From Candidatus Borrarchaeum weybense (GTDB lineage: Archaea; Asgardarchaeota; Sifarchaeia; Borrarchaeales; Borrarchaeaceae), in the NCBI GenBank assembly GCA_019057385.1, contig JAHQJS010000007.1, positions 128,001 through 192,000 on the forward strand: 64,000 bases of DNA. Reading direction: 5' to 3'. The number at the start of each line of letters is the position of its first letter. The stretch's first letter is position 1. This document shows positions 29,731-38,633 of this stretch, piece after piece. The position numbers and the translations under genes were made by a program. Under the pieces are notes generated by a model. The model searched no databases. It saw only the letters and a program-made list of their open reading frames with translations, and was not told where the DNA came from.

Positions 29731-30828
29731 TCATGTAGTTAACAGATTATGAATTATCTGATACCAGTCCAGAAGTCCTTGAATTTCAACATATTCTTCA
29801 GGGCCATGCCAATTTTTGCCCCGAGGTCCAAATTCTACCACTTGTACACCTGTTGGGGCATAAAACACTGCATCGGAACTCCCTGTCGCGATGTACAGCT
29901 CTGGCTTTTCGCCTACCACCTTTTCAGTCTCTTTAACGAGCGTCTGAACCAATTCAGAATTAGGATCTGTATATACTGGAGGAACCCTTGAGGTTGTTTC
30001 TCTAAGAATTTCACAATCAATATCTTTCATAGATTTCTCGAAAGCTACGAGAATTTCCTCTTCAGATACTGTAGCAGGTCTCCTAACATCAACTTTCAAT
30101 TCACATAATTCAGGAATTTGATTGATTTTTGTGCCGCCGCGAATAATAGACGGCGTAACAGTCGTTGCCTCTTTCCCCAGTGTTTCGTAATCGAATAACT
30201 CTTGAGATGTTAAGTTAGTAATAAACTTTGCAGCGCAAAGGATTGCATTTTTTCCTTCCCATGGTCTGCTTCCATGACCTGGAATTCCATGAAATGTTAA
30301 TTTTTGCGAAAAAATGGCTTTAGAGCCATAACATATCCTATTTCCATCCATAGGTTCGCCAAAAATACACCAGTCCGCAGGATATTTCGATACCAGAGCG
30401 CCAGTACCATTTTCACCACTCACTTCTTCATCAGAAACAAATTCAAAAATAGCTTTTTTAGTCAGGATACTCTCATTTTTGAGGAGTTTAATGATCAAAG
30501 ACACCATAACTGCCGCAGCAGCTTTTGCATCTGCTGAACCGCGTCCGTAAACTTTTCCATCTTTTACAGTTCCTTTGCATCTTGATTTTTCGCTCTCAGG
30601 AACAACGTCCAGATGTGTGTTTATTACAACTCGTTGAGAACCCTGTCCAACTTCAACAACAAGATTTTTAAGTCCACCAGATTCGAACAGCGATGTGTTA
30701 ACATCTTCTTTAGCAAGAGTTACGTTTATGTACTCCATTGCCTTGTTTGGTCCTTCTGGGTATTTATAGGAAGGAATTTCAATTAAATTGAGCAGATAAC
30801 CAACAATTTCATCACTTAACTGTTCCAT
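29731..30828 (-). CDS. M20-family metallopeptidase (ArgE/DapE-like deacylase)
   Basis: NTHLDVVP, YGRGSADAK, SDEEVSG, GEP, GHGSRP, GGTKINQIP, HGPEEYV. Confidence 0.9.
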   Translation of the reverse strand: MEQLSDEIVGYLLNLIEIPSYKYPEGPNKAMEYINVTLAKEDVNTSLFESGGLKNLVVEVGQGSQRVVINTHLDVVPESEKSRCKGTVKDGKVYGRGSADAKAAAAVMVSLIIKLLKNESILTKKAIFEFVSDEEVSGENGTGALVSKYPADWCIFGEPMDGNRICYGSKAIFSQKLTFHGIPGHGSRPWEGKNAILCAAKFITNLTSQELFDYETLGKEATTVTPSIIRGGTKINQIPELCELKVDVRRPATVSEEEILVAFEKSMKDIDCEILRETTSRVPPVYTDPNSELVQTLVKETEKVVGEKPELYIATGSSDAVFYAPTGVQVVEFGPRGKNWHGPEEYVEIQGLLDWYQIIHNLLTT

Positions 30829-30882
30829 AATATCCCTCTGTTATCTTGAAAATCTTAATTAGTGCAAAAAAGAGCTGAAAAG

Positions 30883-32250
30883 TTAAAAAGCTCTCATATA
30901 CATCCGACGTTCCCAATCTGTAACATGTTCACGATAAGTAATCCATTCTGTCATCTTCACTTTGATAAACTCTTCAAAGATAGTCGTGCCAAAGGTCTCT
31001 TTGATTACAGTGTCTTTCTTAAGGTCCTCTAACGCTTCAAAAAGTGTCCTCGGAAGCATTTTTGCGCCCTGACGGGCGAGTTCTTCATCACTTAAGGCAC
31101 TGACATCTTTCTGAATAGGTTCTGGAGGTTCGATTTTTTCTTCAATACCCTTTAATCCACATGCTAGTATTGCTGCAAGGACTAAATATGCATTACATGC
31201 AGGGTCTGGACTTCTAAATTCAAGACGCGTATCTTGTTCCTTCGCATCTAACGGAATACGAATTAAGGTAGATCTGTTATTAAATCCCCAGGTGTTGTTT
31301 ATGGGTGCCCATACATTAGGTAAAAGACGTTTGTAAGAGTTTACAGTACATGCACCGACTGCAGTGATGGCTTTAGCATGCTTTAGAAGGCCGCCGATGT
31401 AATAGTACATCATTTCGGATAAATTATGTCCTTTCGGATCATTTGGCTCGTAAAACAAATTTTGACCGTCTAAATCGTAAATTGAGATATGTACATGCAT
31501 ACCTGAACCAAATAGATGCTGAAATGGTTTAGGTAGGAAAGTTGCTCGATAGCCAAACTGTCTTGCAAGTTCACGTGCAACATTCATGAAGGTAATTTGA
31601 TTGTCTGCAGCTTCTACAGGGGAATAGTGGTTGATATTAACTTCCATCTGTGCAGGACCTCCTTCTTTTGTTACTACGGTAGCATCAATTCCCATCTGAG
31701 CAAGCGTTTTACAATAGGTTCGATAGTACTCCTCCCATTCATCCTGCCCTGACATCGCAAAAATCATTCCATGTCCTTCCTTTTCTGCGTAATTTGCAGG
31801 TGCGTAGGAGCCGTCTTCGTATTCTTCAAGAACATAATATTCTGTTTCAAATCCTATCTGTGGAAAATATCCTAGTTCGTTGTAGCGTTTAATAAGTCTT
31901 TTAAGCATTAATCGTGGGCAGCATTCCCACTCCTTACCGTCATGAGTATATAAGTCACAGAAGACTTTAGCCGATTTTGAGGCGTATGGTAATACTGTAA
32001 ATGTATCAAAATCCGCTTTGATCGTAAAATCTTCTGATTGTGCGCCATATTTATTGCCGAAGGCAAATTGATCAAAAGAAGTGAAGTCCATCGTCCCCAT
32101 GTTCATTTTTAGCCCGTGGTCTAATGCTTTTTCAATAGCCTGCAATATTGCGGCGCGTCCCCTCATGATACCGTTTAAATCACAAAATTGGAATCTAACA
32201 CTTTCGATATTTTTTTCTCTTATAATCTCAAGCACTGTATCTTTGCCCAT
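30883..32250 (-). CDS. Second glutamine-synthetase-like gamma-glutamyl-amine ligase
   Basis: GFETEYY, KEGGPAQMEV, FLPKPF, GSGMHVHIS, NSYKRLLPNVWAP, NRSTLIRIP, RLEFRSPD. Confidence 0.85.
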   Translation of the reverse strand: MGKDTVLEIIREKNIESVRFQFCDLNGIMRGRAAILQAIEKALDHGLKMNMGTMDFTSFDQFAFGNKYGAQSEDFTIKADFDTFTVLPYASKSAKVFCDLYTHDGKEWECCPRLMLKRLIKRYNELGYFPQIGFETEYYVLEEYEDGSYAPANYAEKEGHGMIFAMSGQDEWEEYYRTYCKTLAQMGIDATVVTKEGGPAQMEVNINHYSPVEAADNQITFMNVARELARQFGYRATFLPKPFQHLFGSGMHVHISIYDLDGQNLFYEPNDPKGHNLSEMMYYYIGGLLKHAKAITAVGACTVNSYKRLLPNVWAPINNTWGFNNRSTLIRIPLDAKEQDTRLEFRSPDPACNAYLVLAAILACGLKGIEEKIEPPEPIQKDVSALSDEELARQGAKMLPRTLFEALEDLKKDTVIKETFGTTIFEEFIKVKMTEWITYREHVTDWERRMYMRAF

Positions 32251-32353
32251 GCTTACAACCCCATCTTAGTATAAGTTGTAACCGATTCTTAGATTCTTTT
32301 TAGTATCAAAATAAAGTGCTTAATAAGTGTATTTAATACACTCATCCATTTGT

Positions 32354-33223
32354 CTAATGCTGTTCGAAGAACTCGTAGATAAGATTGTTGACAGTATCTG
32401 GTTGATCAGCACTAATTAAATGCCCAGTATTGAGTATCTCAATCTGGATATCAAGAACGTTTTTTGCAAGTTCCTTGACTTTTGCAGGATCACCCACCAA
32501 ATTGTCTTTTTTGCCAAGAATCAACAGAACGGGGATACTTATACTTTGAAGCTGCTCAGGCGTAAATGGTATAGGAGCCGCTACTCTTGGCGTAGTTCCG
32601 CTCATTACCAAGCCAAACCACTCACCACATGCTTCCAATACTCTGGGGTTATCTCCGAGAGCCCACCGGAGCATATCCTCCGGAGAAAACTGTGTATCGG
32701 GCGACGCAGATTGCTCGATTTTTTGAATCGTGCTATCCGTGGCTGGTGTAACACCCATCGGGCCTAATAAAACAAGTTTCTTCACACGTTCAGGGGAATA
32801 AAGAGCATAATTTGTTGCAATGAATCCTCCATTCGAGGCACCAATGACACAAGCATTTTCTATTCCAAGTTTATCGGATATTTCTGTATACAATTTACTC
32901 AAGGCTTTGCCATCATTCGGGAAACTATCCAGATCATTTAAGACACTTTTCCCTACCTCTCCAAGGTTATCAATAGCATAGGTTAGATAGAACTTGCTTA
33001 ACCCTTCAATATTATAAAGCCATGATGAAGCAGACATTCCTGCGGCGTGAAGTAGCAAGACTGGAGGGGCATCTTTTGGTCCGCTAATAATGATATGCAC
33101 TTTTCCATAAGACGTATTTACAAAAGTGCTCTCATAAGGAACTGGCCATTGTTTAAGTCTTGCGTCATACATCGCCATGAGTCTTACTTCAAAATCAGGA
33201 GAATTGTAGATGGTTTTTGTCAT
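32354..33223 (-). CDS. Alpha/beta-hydrolase
   Basis: PPVLLLHAAG, GASNGG nucleophile elbow, GKKDNLV, TGHLI. Confidence 0.88.
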   Translation of the reverse strand: MTKTIYNSPDFEVRLMAMYDARLKQWPVPYESTFVNTSYGKVHIIISGPKDAPPVLLLHAAGMSASSWLYNIEGLSKFYLTYAIDNLGEVGKSVLNDLDSFPNDGKALSKLYTEISDKLGIENACVIGASNGGFIATNYALYSPERVKKLVLLGPMGVTPATDSTIQKIEQSASPDTQFSPEDMLRWALGDNPRVLEACGEWFGLVMSGTTPRVAAPIPFTPEQLQSISIPVLLILGKKDNLVGDPAKVKELAKNVLDIQIEILNTGHLISADQPDTVNNLIYEFFEQH

Positions 33224-33381
33224 AATTTTACCTTCTGTAGACTTTGAATAGATGTAGAAATCTGATATATATCACATCTCCGCCATACAGCTACTAGAAT
33301 ATAAATAATTTTAGGTTGGTTTAAAAAACCAGAGGGGCTATTTGTATATGATCTAAGACAAGTATTTCAATAAAGACAGAC

Positions 33382-33942
33382 TTACTCTTCCTTAAATTTA
33401 ATAAGTGCTTCGCAGTAGGGATCTCCTTTAGAATATGATTTCGTAAACTTGAAAGTTAGTTTAGGATTAATTTCCTTTAATGCCTCTTGAGCAGGCTCTT
33501 CGTGGGCAGGCTGACATATAGTAAGCTCAGGCTTTATCCCAAACTCCTTATATCTTGCCCGCCACCCACAACTGCTTAATCTGATAACGGCTCTTTCTCT
33601 GCTTTCCTCGATTAATTCATACTCAGTCTCAGGGCCACTCTGCAATGTACCAACAACAGTGTGTAACTTAGCTGCGTCTATTGCATTCTCTACGGGTAGA
33701 TCGAACATTTCTTTAACTCGATGATGCAAATTCTTAACACTTTCACCCATTACCCTTATGACAATCTCTTTATACTTTTCCCAGCCCATGACGGGTGCAA
33801 AGACTCCTTCTCCCTTACCTAGAAGAGGAACAACAGTCTTCGATCCTCTTAGCAATGCAAAATTGAGCAGGGTTTTAGCGGTTATTGCCCAACACTTCTC
33901 AGGCGGGATCTTTTCCAATAACTCTTTAGATGTTTGCTTCAT
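33382..33942 (-). CDS. V4R/ATC-hydrolase-like protein, paralogue 5
   Basis: ELLEKIPPEKCWAITAK; CGW...C..H...SYSKGDPYCE. Confidence 0.7.
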   Translation of the reverse strand: MKQTSKELLEKIPPEKCWAITAKTLLNFALLRGSKTVVPLLGKGEGVFAPVMGWEKYKEIVIRVMGESVKNLHHRVKEMFDLPVENAIDAAKLHTVVGTLQSGPETEYELIEESRERAVIRLSSCGWRARYKEFGIKPELTICQPAHEEPAQEALKEINPKLTFKFTKSYSKGDPYCEALIKFKEE

Positions 33943-33973
33943 TTCTGTTTCACTCTTTGAACTGTTTGAAGGT

Positions 33974-34528
33974 TTATTCTTCCTTAAACTCGATGATGTC
34001 TTCGCAGTAGAAATCTCCTCTTGGTATTGTCTTCGCGAGTTTGTAACTTATATTGGGACTAATTGCCTTGAGTCCATCTTCCCGAAATGTTTGACAGGCT
34101 GGGTCGCAAGCTCTATGCTCAGGATCTACCTCTAACTCTTCATAAATCTCCCAGACTGTCGGACACTTTGTCACTCTGATACTGGCTCGTTCTTGGGTAG
34201 CTTCAATTATTTTAAACTTGCACTCAGGACCTGCCAGTAAAGTTACAGCAACTATGACTAATTTAGCAGCACCTACGGCATCCTCTACTGGTATGTTGTA
34301 AGTCTCTTTAACATATGGAAACATCTGCTTACCACCGTCACTATATATCTTATCGTTTATCTCCTTCCACTTTTCCGCACCCATGACCGGTGCGATGATC
34401 CCTTCCCCCCTACCTAAAATAGCTGCGATGATTTTATCCCCTCTCAGAATTGTGAATCTCCAGAGAGTTTTAGCGGTTATTGCCCAACACTTCTCAGCTG
34501 GCATCATCTCCAAAAACTCTTCAACCAT
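33974..34528 (-). CDS. V4R/ATC-hydrolase-like protein, paralogue 4
   Basis: MPAEKCWAITAK; TKCP...CDPAC...IPRGDFYCE. Confidence 0.7.
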   Translation of the reverse strand: MVEEFLEMMPAEKCWAITAKTLWRFTILRGDKIIAAILGRGEGIIAPVMGAEKWKEINDKIYSDGGKQMFPYVKETYNIPVEDAVGAAKLVIVAVTLLAGPECKFKIIEATQERASIRVTKCPTVWEIYEELEVDPEHRACDPACQTFREDGLKAISPNISYKLAKTIPRGDFYCEDIIEFKEE

Positions 34529-34696
34529 TCAACTTCACCATTTCTCGAACTTTCATTTATCCTTTGAAGAGTATTTGTATATACTCTTGTACTTTTTATA
34601 CTTTCAATTAAAATTGAATTGAGAAAACTACAGCGTTATGGGTGTAGAAGAATACAATAACTATCTAAAAGAATGCATTTTACAGGTAGCTAAGCA

Positions 34697-34730
34697 AGAA
34701 AGCCCACTGCTTTAGCTGTGAGTAGTTACT
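34697..34730 (+). mobile_element. Degenerate IS200/IS605-type right-end hairpin remnant
   Basis: AGAAAGCCCACTGC-TTTA-GCTGTGAGTAGTTACT; related copies at 14450-14480 and 38380-38409. Confidence 0.4.
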
Positions 34731-35073
34731 GAGTGCTCCAAAATCCTCTTTCGAGGCGAATCACTTTTCCCATAATTTTTGAAGGATCTATGCGCTTCAA
34801 GAACTGTTCAAGAATTTGACCTGCATGAGCGTCTGTTGCAGGATGAATCATAACTACAATGATACCCAAGTGATCTTTTCTCGAAGGATACAAAAAATCT
34901 CTGTCGTGAGTGATTAAGATGAATCCTTTAGAGGTAGCATACTCTAATAGCTCGCTATTCTTCGATCCAAGAAGTCTTAGCGTCTTTACTGACTCTACAA
35001 TGAGGCCTTGTTTTTTGAGCCGTTGTAAAGTCTTATGAGACACATCTTCATCCAGAAGAAATTTAAGGGGCAA
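34726..35073 (-). CDS. DUF5615/VapC45-like PIN-domain toxin
   Basis: KFLLDEDVS...ILITHDRDF...HLGIIV; TTG start at 35073 overlaps the antitoxin 3' end. Confidence 0.8.
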   Translation of the reverse strand: MPLKFLLDEDVSHKTLQRLKKQGLIVESVKTLRLLGSKNSELLEYATSKGFILITHDRDFLYPSRKDHLGIIVVMIHPATDAHAGQILEQFLKRIDPSKIMGKVIRLERGFWSTQ

Positions 35074-35296
35074 CAAAAGGGGAAATCTCCTCTCCTTCAA
35101 CGAATTGTCTAGCAAATGCAATGCAAGCCTTCACATCATCTTCTTTGATATGAGGATATTCTTCCAGAATTTCAGGAATTGTTAAACCATGCTCCAGCAT
35201 TTCAAGAATGATGTATACTGGAATTCGGGTTCCTCGGATGCATGGTTTGCCATGTTGGATCTCTGGATCAATCGAAATTCTTTTTTCAAGATCCAT
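35063..35296 (-). CDS. DUF433 antitoxin
   Basis: RISIDPEIQHGKPCIRGTRIPV...EILEEYPHI...DVKACIAFA. Confidence 0.92.
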   Translation of the reverse strand: MDLEKRISIDPEIQHGKPCIRGTRIPVYIILEMLEHGLTIPEILEEYPHIKEDDVKACIAFARQFVEGEEISPFVAP

Positions 35297-35433
35297 TTCG
35301 ATACCTCCGTTTATCTATCTTAAATATCATCTCGGACGAGTTTGATATATTCTTCTTTGTTGCTAATCTTATCAACTTTTCGCATCTACACGTAATAATC
35401 CTTTCATATAATTTCTTTCTTGTTTACCATCCT

Positions 35434-35916
35434 TTATTCTTCTATCTTGTATACATATTCACAATAAGAATCCCCAGCACACATTCCTTTAGGTCGTTCA
35501 ACAGTAGCCTTTGGATTTATCGTCTTAACAACAATATTAAAGAAGATTAAGACCCAATCGCTGATATCTTTGGGATCTGTTTTCCATGCACACCCAATAG
35601 GGACTCTAACTCTACAGAATGTTTTAGACTGCTCAAGTTGAGTATATCCTTCTGTCCCAATGAGCTCATTAAAGATGACAAACCACTTATATATTGCGTT
35701 CATATCGTTGTCCTCTATTTTAAAGACATCTTTAAGGGTAGTGGTCATATTCTTTACTCTATCTTCCCTTTTCCAGATTTTTTCATAAAATTCAAGTGCT
35801 GCAGCTGCACCATCTTTCTCGCGGATCTCATACATAACTCCTTTGAATAAGGTTGTCAGCATTCCCCGAATAAATTTGTATTTGAGTTCCCAAGGAATCG
35901 CCAGTGTCTTAGCCAT
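35434..35916 (-). CDS. V4R/ATC-hydrolase-like protein, divergent paralogue 3
   Basis: IPWELKY; GCAW; INPKATVERPKGMCAGDSYCEYVYKIEE. Confidence 0.65.
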   Translation of the reverse strand: MAKTLAIPWELKYKFIRGMLTTLFKGVMYEIREKDGAAAALEFYEKIWKREDRVKNMTTTLKDVFKIEDNDMNAIYKWFVIFNELIGTEGYTQLEQSKTFCRVRVPIGCAWKTDPKDISDWVLIFFNIVVKTINPKATVERPKGMCAGDSYCEYVYKIEE

Positions 35917-35952
35917 ATTCTCATTTACCTCTAAAATTTGATTCGAAAAAGT

Positions 35953-36522
35953 TTACTCTTCCTTAAACTCGTAGACTCCCTCGCAGTACGGATCTCCTCT
36001 TAGTCGTGACTTAGTGAGTGTGTAAATTATCTTAGATTTAATTGCCTTGTGTCCCTCTTCACCCACTGTTTGATGGCCAGCCTCGCAAGGGATAAAAGCA
36101 GGGTCAGCCTCATGTTCTTTATAGTTCTCCCAGAGCGCACACTTAGTCCATCTGACTACGGCTCTTTCTGGGGTTGCCTCGACTAATGTATACGTGGTCT
36201 CAGGGCCAAACATTAATACTGCAACGATAATGACTAATTTAGCTGCATCTATTGCGTCCTTTACTGGTATGTTGAATGTTTCCTTAACCATGGGAAACAT
36301 CATCTTAGCACCATCACCAAATATCTTCACGCCTATCTCTATCCACTTTTCCTCGCTCCAAAGAGGCGAGATGAACCCCTCACTCCTCCCCAAATCAGGA
36401 GCGATGATAGCCTCCCCTCTCATTACTAAGAAATCGGTAAGAGCTTTAGCAGTTATTGTCCAGCACTTCTCAACTGGAATCTTCTGCAATAACTCTTTTG
36501 ATGTCTCCCCCATCCATTTCAC
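35953..36522 (-). CDS. V4R/ATC-hydrolase-like protein, paralogue 2
   Basis: ELLQKIPVEKCWTITAK; TKCALW...CEAGH...RGDPYCE. Confidence 0.7.
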   Translation of the reverse strand: MKWMGETSKELLQKIPVEKCWTITAKALTDFLVMRGEAIIAPDLGRSEGFISPLWSEEKWIEIGVKIFGDGAKMMFPMVKETFNIPVKDAIDAAKLVIIVAVLMFGPETTYTLVEATPERAVVRWTKCALWENYKEHEADPAFIPCEAGHQTVGEEGHKAIKSKIIYTLTKSRLRGDPYCEGVYEFKEE

Positions 36523-36542
36523 CTTTCGAGCTATCTAAAGAT

Positions 36543-37094
36543 CTACTCGTCCTTAAATTCGTAGATGTCTTCGCAGTATGGGTCTCCTTTTGGCATTGCT
36601 TTCGTAAGTTTATGGGTTATCTTAGGATTGATAGCCTTGAGTCCTCCTTGAACCCATGTTTCATGGACAGGATAGCAGGACATAACTTCGTGATTTACTT
36701 CCTGTTCTTTCCACCTATTCATCCAAGGACACTTGGTAGTTCTAACTATGGTTTTGTCTTTGCTTTTTTGGACTATTTCACGCTCCCACTCATCGCCGAA
36801 CGCTAAACTTGCAACGACCGAGACTATTTTAGCCGCTCCTATTGCATCATCCACTGGTATATTGAACATTTCTTTAAACAATGGATATAAACGCATTCCT
36901 CCTTCTTCACCCCAGGCCTTATTTGTTAACTCTTGAAACCTTTCTGCACCTAAAACAGGCGAGATAATCCCTTCACCCTTACCCATTTCGGTCGCAACCC
37001 GTTTCTCCCCTCTCAATAATGCAAATGTTTCAAGAATTTTGGCGGTTATTGCCCATCGCTTCTCAGGTGGAATCTTCTCCAATAACTCCCCCAT
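36543..37094 (-). CDS. V4R/ATC-hydrolase-like protein, paralogue 1
   Basis: ELLEKIPPEKRWAITAK; TKCPW...CYPVH...MPKGDPYCE. Confidence 0.7.
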   Translation of the reverse strand: MGELLEKIPPEKRWAITAKILETFALLRGEKRVATEMGKGEGIISPVLGAERFQELTNKAWGEEGGMRLYPLFKEMFNIPVDDAIGAAKIVSVVASLAFGDEWEREIVQKSKDKTIVRTTKCPWMNRWKEQEVNHEVMSCYPVHETWVQGGLKAINPKITHKLTKAMPKGDPYCEDIYEFKDE

Positions 37095-37489
37095 TAAAGT
37101 TCACCATTTTTTTAGTTAGTTTTCGCAAGTTTTCTGAAAAGTATATATGTGTACACTTCTCTTTTTTATATTTGACTTGAAATACACAAAATGTACTTAT
37201 TTGAATAGTGACTTTTCTAGTAAAAGAATCATTAAAACCAAAAAATTTTGTTGAATTTCTCTTTTAGAAGGTTCATAGCGTCTTCAAGATGTTGAATAAA
37301 ATCTTGACTTGCATAAAAAGTCAATTTCACGCAACTTAATATCATCCCAGAACACTATCTAAATGTTTCATTTTGTAATAATTTCTGGGAAGATGACTTA
37401 AGACTCTACATGAAATATGTAGCAAGAATGAATCTCTTGTTGGGGATTGTTAAGTCACTAATGCGTAGAAGAAGAGGAGGACACTAAAT

Positions 37490-37987
37490 ATGAAACAAAC
37501 AAGTAAGATGGGTTTTCTGTTCTTCATCGCTAGTATTTTATCAGTTCTGGCGTTCCCCTGCAATCCACTGATTATATTCAAGGTTATTGACCCAAATAAT
37601 ATTGAAGTATTATTGTATGTTGGCTGGATATTCATTGCAGTCAGTATAACTCTGATATCTCTGTCTTACTATTCTATTTTCTTCCGCAAATTAAATGTCT
37701 TAATTGATAGTGGAATTTACGCAATTGTTCGACATCCCATGTATCTGGGTTGGATTTTAGGGATATTTGTTGCCACCATTTTCTTGTATCAACATTGGAT
37801 ATTTGTGATTATTGGAATTCCTGGAATAGCCAGTCTCTACTTAATCTCAAGACAAGAAGAACAGCGCAACATTGGAAGGTTTGGTGATGACTACAAACAC
37901 TATATGCAAAAGGTACCAAGAATGAATCTTGTGGTGGGAATTATTAGGCAGGTACGACGTAGAAAAAAGAATGAAAATGACAGATAA
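37490..37987 (+). CDS. Isoprenylcysteine carboxyl methyltransferase (ICMT/PEMT)-family membrane protein
   Basis: LIDSGIYAIVRHPMYLG, EE...RFGDDYKHYMQKVPR. Confidence 0.85.
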   Translation: MKQTSKMGFLFFIASILSVLAFPCNPLIIFKVIDPNNIEVLLYVGWIFIAVSITLISLSYYSIFFRKLNVLIDSGIYAIVRHPMYLGWILGIFVATIFLYQHWIFVIIGIPGIASLYLISRQEEQRNIGRFGDDYKHYMQKVPRMNLVVGIIRQVRRRKKNENDR

Positions 37988-38215
37988 TAGAGTCCGGAGT
38001 TCATTGGAAACAGCGATATTAATGAATGGGTGAAGGAAGTTTACACCAATCTCTTTTATGATTTCATTTCATGAACCTAAGTAGACGTTATATTCGCCTC
38101 TAAACTTGTCTATTATTTATCGATTACTTTCACCGATCTCTCTGTCATCCCTTTTATTATCGTTTTTTATAATATTAATTATTCAATTGTTGTTGAACAA
38201 AAGGTGAAAATAGAA

Positions 38216-38368
38216 ATGGTAGTAGAAGCATGTGAAATTCAGCATATGTTTTGTCCACAATGTGGAGACCCGTTATATCTTAGAGTTTGGGTAAATAAAG
38301 AACAAAGACTGAAGAAAGTTTTTGTCTGTTCCTCATGTCCCTATGTGAAAGATAAGAGTACCATTTAA
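38216..38368 (+). CDS. 50-aa zinc-ribbon protein; below the ORF-track cutoff
   Basis: MVVEACEIQHMFCPQCGDPLYLRVWVNKEQRLKKVFVCSSCPYVKDKSTI; AGGTGA SD-like motif upstream. Confidence 0.7.
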   Translation: MVVEACEIQHMFCPQCGDPLYLRVWVNKEQRLKKVFVCSSCPYVKDKSTI

Positions 38369-38633
38369 CTTATACAACGAGAAGCCCTATCTGTTAGTGG
38401 GGTAGTTCTTGAATATCTTGAACTACTTCATCTGCGTTTCCAATAGTCCTTAAATCGTCTCCGTTTAATTTCTCTAATATCTTACTCATTTTTTGGTCAT
38501 TCTCAATAGAAATTCAAAATGTCACAATATCACTTTTTATAAAACAAGTCAATTAGGTTAATTTCAATATAACTTAATTGAGGGGATTGAAATAGAAACC
38601 GAAACTCTCTATCCAGAAGGATTAGTAAAGTTA

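Noticed and set aside
21531-32250. Calling the GS-like genes glnA
   Set aside because: Both replace the ammonium-site flap Glu with Trp (SWAP, VWAP), as in amine-glutamylating homologues.
36520-36545. Amber read-through fusing V4R-like paralogues 1 and 2
   Set aside because: The genes are in different frames, and another TAG and a TGA follow within seven codons.
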